Of a stretch of DNA of 64,000 nucleotides, positions 40,443 through 51,348 are shown one piece after another (position 1 is the stretch's first letter; each line of letters opens with the position of its first letter). The position numbers and the translations under genes are program-made. The stretch spans positions 2,496,001 through 2,560,000 of the forward strand of contig OZ241863.1 in the NCBI GenBank assembly GCA_965203055.1. Direction: 5' to 3'. Source of the DNA: Spirochaetia bacterium (GTDB lineage: Bacteria; Spirochaetota; Spirochaetia; SZUA-6; Bin103). Under the pieces are notes generated by a model. That model was not told the DNA's origin. It saw only the letters and a program-made list of their open reading frames with translations, and made no database searches.

Positions 40443-41637
40443 CCGGTACGCCAGCCGCCGCCTCGCCGGCCTCGGCAGCTATGCCTTCGCGGAAGTGGAA
40501 CAGGAGGTCGCCAAGCTGCGCGCGCGCGGCATCGAGCCGATCGACTTCGGCGTCGGCGATCCCACCGTACCGACGCCGGAGGTGGTCCGCAGCGCCACCG
40601 CCGCAGCCGTCGAGACGCGGCGCAGCGCCGGCTATCCGAGCTACGTCGGCGAAGCCGCGTTTCGCGCCGCGGTAAGCGCCTGGAGCCAGCGCCGCTTTGG
40701 CGTGCGCCTGGACCCCGCCAGCGAGGTGTCCGCGACGGCCGGCGCCAAGGAAGCGGTGTTCAACTTCCATGAGGCGGTGGTGGATCCGGGCGACCTGGTG
40801 CTGTGTCCGTCACCCGGGTACCCGCCCTACAGCCGCGGCGCCCTGTTCGCCGAAGGCGAACCCCATCACCTGCCGCTGCTGGCCGAGCGCGGCTTCCTGC
40901 TCGATCTCGGCGCCGTACCCTCCGCGGTGGCGCGGCGCGCCAAGGTGCTGTGGATCAACTACCCCAACTCGCCGTCCGGCGCCGTGGCGCCGCGCTCGTT
41001 CTACGAGGAGGTGCTGGAGTTCGCCGCCAGCTACGACCTGATCGTCGCTTCCGACGAGGCGTACTCGGAGATCTACTTCGGCGCGCCGCCGCTGTCGATG
41101 CTCAACGTCAGCCGGGAGCGGGTGTTGGTGTTCAACTCCCTGTCCAAGCGTTCGGCCATGACCTGCTACCGCGTCGGTTGGGTGGCCGGCGACCCGGATC
41201 TCGTGGCGCTGTTTCGCAAGGTCAAGACCAACATCGACTCCGGCACCCCCACCTTCATACAGGATGGCGCGGTGGCCGCGCTGGGGGATGAAGCCCACGT
41301 GCGCGCCTTCCGCGAGGAGTACCGGCGCAAGCGCGACCTGTTGTGCACGGCGCTGGTGGAGGCGGGGCTGCCCGACTGCCGGCCGGCCGCGGCGCTGTAC
41401 GTGTGGCAGCGAGTGCCCGAGCACCTGTCCGCGGTGGAGTTCGCGACCGCGTTGCTGCAGCCCGAAATCGGCATCGTGACCACTCCCGGCCCGTGGATCG
41501 CGGAGGCCAACCCCGCCGCCCCCAATCCGGGTGAGGGGTACGTCCGCTTCGCGCTGGTACCGTCGCTGGCCGACACCGAGCGCGCCGCCGGGCTGCTCCG
41601 CCGGGCGCGCTTTGCGATGATCGCGGCCGAACGGTAG
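40429..41637 (+). CDS. PLP class I/II aminotransferase, probably LL-diaminopimelate aminotransferase (DapL/DapC-type)
   Basis: Motifs 'WINYPNSPSG', 'SDEAYSEI', 'NSLSKR..MT.YRVG'; last gene of the DAP operon. Confidence 0.8.
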   Translation: MAGADRYASRRLAGLGSYAFAEVEQEVAKLRARGIEPIDFGVGDPTVPTPEVVRSATAAAVETRRSAGYPSYVGEAAFRAAVSAWSQRRFGVRLDPASEVSATAGAKEAVFNFHEAVVDPGDLVLCPSPGYPPYSRGALFAEGEPHHLPLLAERGFLLDLGAVPSAVARRAKVLWINYPNSPSGAVAPRSFYEEVLEFAASYDLIVASDEAYSEIYFGAPPLSMLNVSRERVLVFNSLSKRSAMTCYRVGWVAGDPDLVALFRKVKTNIDSGTPTFIQDGAVAALGDEAHVRAFREEYRRKRDLLCTALVEAGLPDCRPAAALYVWQRVPEHLSAVEFATALLQPEIGIVTTPGPWIAEANPAAPNPGEGYVRFALVPSLADTERAAGLLRRARFAMIAAER

Positions 41638-41647
41638 AATAGAGGGC

Positions 41648-42088
41648 GTGGATCGGCTGTTCGATCGCCTCGGCGACCTGTTGCGAACCGTGCTCGGCGG
41701 TGACCAGGGCAGCGCCGCGGGCCACCGCCGCGGCCGGCCGCAGCGCCCGGCCGATCCCGACCTCGCGGCGGCGTGGGAGGAACTGGACGCCTTTCTCGAT
41801 TCCGGCGCTGAGGCCGACGAGGGGCCGCGGCAGCGCGCGGCCGGCGGCGGCCGCCATTCCGCGGCCGCCGCCGGCCCGCGCGAGCATCTGCGGCGCGACT
41901 ACGCGGCGCTGGGAGTGGCGTTCGGCGCGCCGCTGAGCGAGGTGAAGAGCGCCTACAAGCGGTTGATGCGGACCCATCATCCCGACCGCTTCGCCAACGA
42001 TCCCCGCCGGCAGGCGGCCGCCACCAGCAAGGCCGCCGCCATCAACGCGGCCTACGCCCGCATCGAACGCGCCAGCCGCGCCGCCTGA
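41648..42088 (+). CDS. Small protein with C-terminal J-domain
   Basis: 'YAALGV....EVKSAYKRL...HHPD....INAAY'. Confidence 0.85.
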   Translation: MDRLFDRLGDLLRTVLGGDQGSAAGHRRGRPQRPADPDLAAAWEELDAFLDSGAEADEGPRQRAAGGGRHSAAAAGPREHLRRDYAALGVAFGAPLSEVKSAYKRLMRTHHPDRFANDPRRQAAATSKAAAINAAYARIERASRAA

Positions 42089-43020
42089 GCGCGCCATCGC
42101 CGGCGCCGCGGCGCGCCGCCGGGCGCGGCCGCGCGCGGGTCCAGCGCGTCGCGCAGGCCGTCGCCCAGGTAGTTCACGCCCAATACGGTGAGCGAAATCG
42201 CCGTGCCCGGCCAGATCACCCGCGCCGGGGTGACGGTCAGGAACGGCACGCCGTCGTACAGCAGGCGGCCCCAGGTGGGAAAGTCGGAGGGGAAGCCGAG
42301 ACCGAGAAAGCTCAGCGCGCTTTCGGTAATGATCGCCTGCGCGACGTCGAGGGTGGCCGCCACCACGATCGGGCTCAGGGCGTTGGGTAACACGTGACGC
42401 AGGATGATGCGCCCCGGCCCGGCGCCCACGCTGCGCGCCGCGGCCACGTACTCCCGCTGCCGTATGGCGAGCACCTGGCCGCGCACGATCCGCGCGGTCT
42501 GCATCCAGCTCGTGAGGCCGATCACCCCCACGACCAGGACGAAGACGCCCGCCTCGGGGCCCAGCGCCGCGCGCAGCGGCTCCCGGAACAGCATGGTGCT
42601 GACCATCAGCAGGGGCAGCACCGGCAACGCCAGGAACAAGTCGGTAAGGCGCATCAGCGGACCGTCGAGGCGCCGGAAGAAGCCGGCCAGAATGCCGGCC
42701 AGCGTGCCCGCGGTCAACGACAGCGCCATGGCCGTCACCCCGACCGCCAGCGACAGCCGCCCGCCCGCCAGGAGCCGCGCCAAGGTGTCGCGGCCCAGAT
42801 TGTCGGTGCCGAGCGGATGGGCGGCGGACATGCCCTGATTCTTGGCGCGGTAGTCGAGGAAGTGGGGATCGACCCGGTGGATGAGCGGTCCGAACAGCAC
42901 CGCCAGCGCGATCAGCGAGCCCGCCGCCGCCCCGCCCATGGCGCCGGGGTGGCGGCGCAGCCGGGACCACACCGGCCGCCGCGCCCCGCGCCGCGCGCCG
43001 CGCGGGGCCGGTTCAGGCAT
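42052..43020 (-). CDS. Oligopeptide ABC permease (OppC-like)
   Basis: Motifs 'HPLGTDNLGRD', 'RHVLPN', 'ESALSFLGLG', 'GDGLRDALDP'. Confidence 0.9.
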   Translation of the reverse strand: MPEPAPRGARRGARRPVWSRLRRHPGAMGGAAAGSLIALAVLFGPLIHRVDPHFLDYRAKNQGMSAAHPLGTDNLGRDTLARLLAGGRLSLAVGVTAMALSLTAGTLAGILAGFFRRLDGPLMRLTDLFLALPVLPLLMVSTMLFREPLRAALGPEAGVFVLVVGVIGLTSWMQTARIVRGQVLAIRQREYVAAARSVGAGPGRIILRHVLPNALSPIVVAATLDVAQAIITESALSFLGLGFPSDFPTWGRLLYDGVPFLTVTPARVIWPGTAISLTVLGVNYLGDGLRDALDPRAAAPGGAPRRRRWRAQAARLARSMRA

Positions 43021-44026
43021 AGCGAATGCGCGGATCCAACACCCCGTAGAGGAGGTCCGCGACCAGATTGAAGAACACGATCAGGCCCGCGAAGATGAAG
43101 GTAACGGTCTGCACCGTGGGAATGTCGGCGCCCTCGATGGCGCCGATCAGCAGCGCCCCGACGCCGTTGATGCGGAAGATCTGCTCGGTGATGATGGCGC
43201 CGGCGAAGGTCGAGGGCAGGCCGAGGGCGATCACCGTTACCACCGGTATCATGCCGTTGCGCAGCACGTGGACCAGCAGCACCGGGCGCTCCCGCAGACC
43301 CTTGGCGCGCGCCGTGCGCACGTAATCCTGGTGGATGACGTCGAGCACCGCGGCGCGGGTGAAGCGGCTGATCTGGGCGGCGTTGAACAGCGCCAACACC
43401 AGCACCGGCATCAGCATCTGCCTGACCTGGTAGCCGAGGCTGGCGAGGTCGGTAACCCGGTGGGTGGTGTCGTAGATCGACGGCAGCCAGCCGAGCAGGC
43501 CGCTGAAGATCACGATCAGCACCGTGCCGGTGAAGAAGGTCGGCACCGAGAAGCCCACCATGGTGACGAAGGTGCCGATCTGGTCGAAGATCGAGTACTG
43601 GCGGTAGGCGGAGAACACCCCCGCCGGCACCGCGATCAGCACCGCCGCCAGGTAGGAGCTGCCCACCACGGTCAGGGTCTGCGGCAGCCGCTCCGCGATC
43701 AGGTCCACCACCGGCGAGCGGGTGGCCCAGGAGGTCACCCGCAGGCGCGCGCCGGAATCGCCGAGCTGCACGCCGAGCAGCGCTTCGAGCAGGTTGAGCG
43801 GCTCGTTGGCCAGAAACTGCTCCAGCCAGCGCGCGTAGCGCACGTGGAACGGCAGCCCGAAGCCGAGGCTCTGCCGGATCCGCTCGCGCGTCTCCGGCGG
43901 AATCGTCAGCGGTAGCTGCGCGGTGGGATCACCCGGCGCCAGGTCGAGCAGCGCAAAGACCACGAAGCTGATCGCCAGCAGGGTGGGAACGGCGAACAGC
44001 AGGCGCCGGATCGCGTAGCGCAGCAT
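43013..44026 (-). CDS. Oligopeptide ABC permease (OppB-like)
   Basis: Motifs 'LAPGDP', 'DYVRTARAKGL', 'DLLYGVLDPRI'. Confidence 0.9.
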   Translation of the reverse strand: MLRYAIRRLLFAVPTLLAISFVVFALLDLAPGDPTAQLPLTIPPETRERIRQSLGFGLPFHVRYARWLEQFLANEPLNLLEALLGVQLGDSGARLRVTSWATRSPVVDLIAERLPQTLTVVGSSYLAAVLIAVPAGVFSAYRQYSIFDQIGTFVTMVGFSVPTFFTGTVLIVIFSGLLGWLPSIYDTTHRVTDLASLGYQVRQMLMPVLVLALFNAAQISRFTRAAVLDVIHQDYVRTARAKGLRERPVLLVHVLRNGMIPVVTVIALGLPSTFAGAIITEQIFRINGVGALLIGAIEGADIPTVQTVTFIFAGLIVFFNLVADLLYGVLDPRIRYA

Positions 44027-44053
44027 GGTGTGGAATCGGCGCTCGGGGTCACC

Positions 44054-45763
44054 TCACTCGGCGCGCCGCCAGGCGGCGATGTTCCACAGGGTGGTGTCCC
44101 AGGGATTGTGCCGCACGCCGCCCAGGGTCAACGACCGGGCGCCGATCTCGCCGCGGTGGATCAGGGGAATCACGGCCCCGTCGGCGACCAGCATGTCATT
44201 CATCCGCTTGGCCAATGCCGCGCGCTGCTCCAGGCCCGCCGTGGCGGCGAGCTGCTGCGCGAGCGCGTCGTACTCCGGGTTGCAGTAGCGGGAGATGTTT
44301 GCGCCGAGCCACTGCTTCTCGGGGCCCGGGATCTCGGCGCACACCCAGCCGGCCAGGTAGGCCTGCGGATCGGTGCCGTCGAAGTTGTTGGTATACATCT
44401 GGATGTCGGCGTAGAACTTCTGGTAGGTGTCGGGGCTGGCCTGGTCGCCGCCGAAGAACACCGATGCGCTGATGTTCTTCAACTCGGTCTCCACGCCGAT
44501 CTCGCGCCACATCTGCTTGATCAACGCCTGCGTGCCCTGGCGCACCGAATTGGTGGAGGTCTGGTAGAGAATCGACAGCCTGACGCCATCCTTGGCCCGT
44601 ATGCCGTCGCGGCCGCGCGCCCAGCCGGCCGCGTCCAGCAGCCGGTTGGCGCCGTCCAGATCCCGGGTGCGGCACCACTCGTTGGCGGTCGACGCGTAGG
44701 CCGCCGGCGCGGGCAGGATGTTGCAGGTCACCCGGCCGGCGGCGCCGTAGCCGGCGTCGACCAGGATCTGCCGGTCGATCGCCATCGACAGCGCGCGCGG
44801 CACCAGCGGATCGAACAGGAACGGATGCGGGTTGGCGCCGTTGCGGTAGGTGGACCGCAGGTTGCCCAGCGCCGGGTCGGGATTGGTCTTCTGCACCACC
44901 AGCCGCTCGACGAAGGTACCGAAGGCCGACAGCACCTCGCCCTTGCCGGCGCGCTCCATGTCCGCCAGGATTTCCGGCTCCACCTGCAGGTTCCAGGCAT
45001 AGTCGAACTCGCCGGTGACCAGCACCGCGCGCGCCGCCGAGACGGCGTCGCCGCCGCCCTTGAGCAGCACCGCGGAGAACGCCGGCAAGTCGGGATCGCG
45101 GTAGCGGTCGTTGACCACGTACCGCACCACGTCGTTGGGGCGAAACTCGGCCACCGCGAACGGTCCGGTGCCGATGGGAGCGAAGTTCTCGGCGGTGCAG
45201 GAGGGCGCCGCGGCGCCGGTGCAGTGCGCGAACTGGCGCTGCTGGAGAATCGGAACGATCGACCCTACGAACGGCGCGTAGGGGAACGGCATCGGCGCGT
45301 CGAAGGTGATCCGCACCGTGTGGTCGTCGACCGCGGTGACCGCGGCGACGCCCCGAAACGACGCGCCCGCGGCGCAGCCGCCGCCGGGGTGCATGCAGTA
45401 GGCGGCGGTGAACGCGACGTCCGCGGCGGTGAACGGCGTGCCGTCCGACCACTCCACGTCGCCGCGCAGCTTCCAGGTAATCGCCTTGAGGTCCGCGGCC
45501 ACCCCGCCGTTGTCCAGGGTGGGTATCTCGGCGGCCAGCCACGGGATCATGACGCCGTGTTCGTCGTAGCGCGCCAGCGGCTCCAGCACCAGCGCGGCGG
45601 CGTGGATGTCCTTGGTTCCGGCGGACAGGTACGGGTTGAGGATCGACGGCGCCTGCCAGTACAGCAGCTTCAGCTCGCCGTCGGCGGCGCGCTCGGCGGA
45701 CGCGGCCGCGGCCAGCGCGGCGGCCGCTATCAGCGTCAGAATCAGGGTTCGCAGGGTGACCAT
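44054..45763 (-). CDS. Peptide ABC transporter substrate-binding protein (family 5)
   Basis: Signal peptide; motifs 'WQAPSILNPY', 'WSDGTPFTA.DV', 'PIGTGPF'. Confidence 0.9.
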   Translation of the reverse strand: MVTLRTLILTLIAAAALAAAASAERAADGELKLLYWQAPSILNPYLSAGTKDIHAAALVLEPLARYDEHGVMIPWLAAEIPTLDNGGVAADLKAITWKLRGDVEWSDGTPFTAADVAFTAAYCMHPGGGCAAGASFRGVAAVTAVDDHTVRITFDAPMPFPYAPFVGSIVPILQQRQFAHCTGAAAPSCTAENFAPIGTGPFAVAEFRPNDVVRYVVNDRYRDPDLPAFSAVLLKGGGDAVSAARAVLVTGEFDYAWNLQVEPEILADMERAGKGEVLSAFGTFVERLVVQKTNPDPALGNLRSTYRNGANPHPFLFDPLVPRALSMAIDRQILVDAGYGAAGRVTCNILPAPAAYASTANEWCRTRDLDGANRLLDAAGWARGRDGIRAKDGVRLSILYQTSTNSVRQGTQALIKQMWREIGVETELKNISASVFFGGDQASPDTYQKFYADIQMYTNNFDGTDPQAYLAGWVCAEIPGPEKQWLGANISRYCNPEYDALAQQLAATAGLEQRAALAKRMNDMLVADGAVIPLIHRGEIGARSLTLGGVRHNPWDTTLWNIAAWRRAE

Positions 45764-45910
45764 GCGCCTGATTGTACGGCCGCTTTGCGGTCCGCGGTAA
45801 GGTCAGCTCAGGCGCGGTCATTCAGTGCGCATCAAGCGCGCATTAAACGCGATTCAGCGCGCCAAAGCGCTTTACAGAACCACCGCAAATACTCTAACTT
45901 CAACCCAGGC

Positions 45911-47044
45911 ATGAACACGAACGAAGCCGTTCTGGCCGCCCCGGTGGCGATCGCGGTGGTCGTCGCGGGTGTCGTCGGCTGCGTGCTGACCCCGCTGGTA
46001 AAGCGGGTCGCCCACCGCTACCGGTGGTACGATCTCCCCGATTCGCGAAAACTGCACACCGGCCTCATTCCGCGCATCGGCGGACTGGCGATCTTCCTGT
46101 CGATCATCCTGGGGACGGGCGCCGGGGCGGCCGCGTTGGCGGCGCTGTCGCTCCTCCGGCCGGAGATGGCGGCGCCTCTGCTGGCCGCAGCCGGCGCGGC
46201 GCTGTTCTTCGCGGTCGGTCTGTTCGACGACTTCGTGCCGTTGCGCCCGCGCGTCAAGCTGCTGCTGCAGGTGGTAGTCGCCGCCCTCATCGCGCTCGGC
46301 GGAATGCGGGTCGACGCCGTCGCCCTGCCCGCCCTCGGGCAGGTAGATCTCGGCGTGGCCGCGGTTCCCATCACCGTGCTGTGGATCGTCGGCATGGTCA
46401 ATTCGGTGAACCTGATCGACGGCCGCGACGGCCTGGCCGGAGGCATCGCCGCTTTCGCCGCGCTTGGCATGGCGGTCATTGCCGCGCTCCAGGGGCACCT
46501 CCTCACTGCGGTCGTGGCGGTGGCCGTGTTTGGCGCGATGTGCGGTTTCCTGGCGCACAACTGGCCGCCCGCGTCGATCTTCATGGGCGACTCCGGCAGC
46601 CACCTGCTCGGCTTCACCCTGGCCGTCCTCCCGCTGCTGGACATCGGCGGCATCGCCACCCCGCACACCATCATGGTCCCGGTCACCCTGATGCTGATAC
46701 CGATCGTAGATTGCGGCGCCGCGGTGCTGCGCCGCGTCCGCCAGGGAGTTTCGCTGGGCACGGCCGACACCGACCACATCCACTTCATACTGCGCGATCT
46801 GGGGCTGTCGGACCGCAAGATCCTGCTGGTCGTATATCCGGCCTGCGCCTACCTGACCATCGTGGCCGTCATCACCACGCTGTTGCTGCGCGAGGCGGCG
46901 TTCTACCTGATGCTCATAACCTGGGCCGGCGTGCTGCTGGCCTACGTCACCGCGGTGGCGGTCCATACCAATCGCCGCAAGCAGCAGCGCGACGCCGTGC
47001 AGCGGCAGCGCGATGCCCAGGGCAGCCACCCGCGCCGGGCATGA
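45911..47044 (+). CDS. Undecaprenyl-phosphate GlcNAc-1-phosphate transferase (WecA/TagO, MraY-like family)
   Basis: Motifs 'RKLH...IPRIGG', 'GLFDD', 'NSVNLIDG.DGLA', 'FMGDSGS', 'HIH'. Confidence 0.88.
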   Translation: MNTNEAVLAAPVAIAVVVAGVVGCVLTPLVKRVAHRYRWYDLPDSRKLHTGLIPRIGGLAIFLSIILGTGAGAAALAALSLLRPEMAAPLLAAAGAALFFAVGLFDDFVPLRPRVKLLLQVVVAALIALGGMRVDAVALPALGQVDLGVAAVPITVLWIVGMVNSVNLIDGRDGLAGGIAAFAALGMAVIAALQGHLLTAVVAVAVFGAMCGFLAHNWPPASIFMGDSGSHLLGFTLAVLPLLDIGGIATPHTIMVPVTLMLIPIVDCGAAVLRRVRQGVSLGTADTDHIHFILRDLGLSDRKILLVVYPACAYLTIVAVITTLLLREAAFYLMLITWAGVLLAYVTAVAVHTNRRKQQRDAVQRQRDAQGSHPRRA

Positions 47045-47073
47045 CCCCGGAACCGGCTTGATCGCTCGCTCGA

Positions 47074-48428
<1,355 letters not shown>

Positions 48429-48432
<4 letters not shown>

Positions 48433-49625
48433 ACCGCGGCCGCCTCGAAGCCGAGCAGGCGCTGCTCGGTCTGCGGAATCGGGATGCTGATCGAAAAGGT
48501 ACTCCCGGAGCCCGGCTTGCTGTCCAGCTCGATCTCCCCCAGATGTTCCTTGACGATCTTGTAGACCAGCGTCAGACCCAGCCCGGAACCGAAGTCGCGG
48601 GTCGTGAAGTAGGGTTCGAATACCTTGCCCTGTATCTCCTGGGGAATGCCCGGCCCGGTGTCGCCGATGCGTATGGTCACGCTCTCGCCGTCGGTGGCGG
48701 AAGCGATCGCCAGGACCCGCGGGCGGTCGCTTGGAGTCGCCTCCACCATGGCGGCGATCGCGTTCTTGATGATGTTGAGCAGCGCCTCGCGCAAATAGCG
48801 CTGATCGAGCCGCACCCGCGGCAGATCGTTGCCGAGTTGCTCGCGCAGCTCGATGCCGGCCTCCTTCAGTTCGGGCCGCAACAACCGCAACAGCTCCGCC
48901 AGCACCTCGTTCACCTGGCCGCTCGTCAGATTGACGTTCATCGGGCGCACCGCGAACAGGTAGTCCACCACGATCTGATTCAGACGCTCGACCTCCTCCT
49001 CGATCACCCCGACCGCCTCCCGGACCGCGCTCCAGGCCGCGGCGTCCGGTTCCTGCCGCTCGCCGCGCAGGCGGCGCCGGATCAACTGCAGGTGGATGCT
49101 GACGGCGCCGAGGGGATTCTTGATCTCGTGCGCGACGCCCGCGGTGAGGGTGGCAAGGGCGGCCAGACTCTCCGTCCGGCGCAGCCGCGCCTCGGCGGCC
49201 CGCTTCTCGGTGACGTCCTCGGCGTAGATCAGGTTGCCGGCCACGTGTCCTTCGTGCACCAGCGGCAGGACGTCGAAGCTCAGCGTGCGCATCGCTCCGG
49301 CAGCGATCGTGAAGTCCCGCTCGCGGGCGTTCTCCTGGTGCTGCAGCGTCTCCTGCAGGAAGCCGGCGATCTCGGCGTCGGAAATCACCGTCCATACGCA
49401 ACTCTGCGCGTATTCCGAGGTCCGGAACGGCACCAGGCGCTCCGCGGCGCGGTTGACCAGCAGGATGCGGCCGGCGGTGTCGGTAACGATGATGCCGCGC
49501 GCCATGGAGTCCAGCACCATCCCCAGCAGGTCGTTGTCCGACGTCAACCGCCGCAGCAACTCGCGCAATTGCGTCGAGTCGATCTTGTCCAGCCGGTCCG
49601 CGGCTCGTTCGTAGAAACGTCTCAC
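48429..49625 (-). CDS. Cytoplasmic PAS-domain sensor histidine kinase (Hk2-like)
   Basis: PAS-like 'ILLVNRAAE', H-box 'AHEIKNPL', 'NIIKNA', 'DTGPGI', 'FEPYFTT', 'GSGLGL'; no transmembrane segment; GTG overlaps the upstream stop. Confidence 0.92.
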
Positions 49626-50845
49626 GTCGTCACTGCTCCATGGTTGGCGCGGGCGGCGGCACGCAGGGAGCTGCCCAGGCTCTGCAGCGCGTGGCGCGGC
49701 TGGATGCGCAACTCGGTTACCCGCGCGACGCACTGATCCACCTGCCAGATCCAGGTCTGCAGCAGAGCGGGGGTCCGGCCCTGGCGCAGCCGGGCGCGCA
49801 GTTCTTCGGACACGTGCTCCAGGAACGCTAGCAGCCGCTCCCGTTCCAGGCGCTCCGGCAGGCCCGCGGCATGGGCGTAGCCGCCGGGGGGGCCGGCGAT
49901 CCAGCGTTGCCCGGCCGGCGGCGGTTCGGTTGCCGCGGCCAGGAAGCGCGTCACCTGGCCGGCCAGCAGCTCGGCGCCGAACTCCTGCCAGGTGAGGAAG
50001 TAGTCGCGCAACGAAGCAGCCTGCTCCTGCTCCCGGCGGAAGATTCGGCGCAGGACTTCGCGCTGCTGCGGGATGCTGCGTTCGCGCAGCGCATACTCGC
50101 GCAAGCGCGAACGCAGGGTCGCGATCAGGGCGTCCGGGCGGCGCGCGAGCAGCATGAGGTGCACTCCGGCGGGGGGTTCTTCCAGCAGCCGCAACAGGGC
50201 GTTGCGGGAAGACTCCTGAATTCCTTCGGCGTGCTCCAGGATCACCACCTTGCGGCTGCCGGGGGCGGACAGGTGCAGCCAACGCTCCACGTTGCGAATC
50301 TGGCTGATCGGGACATTGTCGGTCTTGACGGTCGCGGCCAGCTTGCCGACCTGAGTTTCGATCTTCGCGCAGCGCTTCTGCAAGGCGCCGGCAGGCAGGC
50401 CCGGAGTCAGCCCTTCGAGCAGCTCGTTCAGCTCGCTGACCGGCCCGGCCGCCGACCGCAGCCTGGTCTCCTCCCCCTCCCACAGCAGGCGGTCGTAGCG
50501 CCGGGTAAGCTTGCGCACCGCGCGCACGAAGAAGTAGCAGGCGGCGGCCGACTCGGAGCGCTGCAGCAGGTCGGCCGCGGCGCGCACCTCCGTTTCCCAA
50601 TAGCGCCACCCCATCAGCACCAGGTAGGGAAAGCTCAGGTCGCGGTGGCGCAGGCACGGATCGCACGCGCAGCCCCAGTCGCCGGCGCGGGCGCACGCCA
50701 GGGCGCGCGCCAACTCCAGGGCGATGGAGAGCTTGCCGCTGTAGGCGGGGCCGCTGAGGAGGATGGCGCGGGGCAGGCGGCCGGCGGCCACCTCGTCGCG
50801 CAGCACGGTGGTGGTAATGCGGTGACCGATGATGTTCTCGAACAC
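49622..50845 (-). CDS. DNA polymerase III delta'-like clamp-loader subunit
   Basis: Motifs 'FENIIGH', 'LLSGP..SGK', Cys cluster, 'NALLRLLEEPP', 'TLRSR'. Confidence 0.75.
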   Translation of the reverse strand: MFENIIGHRITTTVLRDEVAAGRLPRAILLSGPAYSGKLSIALELARALACARAGDWGCACDPCLRHRDLSFPYLVLMGWRYWETEVRAAADLLQRSESAAACYFFVRAVRKLTRRYDRLLWEGEETRLRSAAGPVSELNELLEGLTPGLPAGALQKRCAKIETQVGKLAATVKTDNVPISQIRNVERWLHLSAPGSRKVVILEHAEGIQESSRNALLRLLEEPPAGVHLMLLARRPDALIATLRSRLREYALRERSIPQQREVLRRIFRREQEQAASLRDYFLTWQEFGAELLAGQVTRFLAAATEPPPAGQRWIAGPPGGYAHAAGLPERLERERLLAFLEHVSEELRARLRQGRTPALLQTWIWQVDQCVARVTELRIQPRHALQSLGSSLRAAARANHGAVTT

Positions 50846-50853
50846 GATGCCGG

Positions 50854-51348
50854 TCAGATGGTGCCCGACGGCGCGGCAGTTGGCAATGGCGGAAACGGCA
50901 AGTTGGCGAGCATCCACGGCAGCAGCCATTCCTGCACCAGCGACGCGGCCAACCACGGCTCGGCGTCGATCACCGACTGTACCTGCACCAGGACCAGCAG
51001 CCCGTACACGACGACCAGCCCCTCGACCACGCCGATTCCGATCCCCAGGATATGGTCGAGGCCCTTCAATCCCAGCGCGGTGCGGGCGCGCTGGAACAGC
51101 CCTTCCACCAGCTTGACCAAGAGAAAACCGGCCACGAACAGCGCCGTGAAGGCGGCCGGAAGCTGCCACCACCCCGGTTCCCACCAGATATCGAGCTGCC
51201 GCACCACCAGGGGATGGCCGATGATGCCGGCGGCAAGGCCCAGCGCAACCGCGCCCAGCGAGAACGCTTCCGCCACGAAGCCGCGTATTCCGGCGCGCAA
51301 CGCCGCCAGCAGCAGGATCGCGCCGCACACCAAGTCGGCCGGCGCCAC
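50854..51348 (-). CDS. cvpA: CvpA (colicin V production) family membrane protein
   Basis: 'G.RGFVAEAFSL', 'LDHILG...G..EG'; four hydrophobic segments. Confidence 0.8.
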   Translation of the reverse strand: MAPADLVCGAILLLAALRAGIRGFVAEAFSLGAVALGLAAGIIGHPLVVRQLDIWWEPGWWQLPAAFTALFVAGFLLVKLVEGLFQRARTALGLKGLDHILGIGIGVVEGLVVVYGLLVLVQVQSVIDAEPWLAASLVQEWLLPWMLANLPFPPLPTAAPSGTI

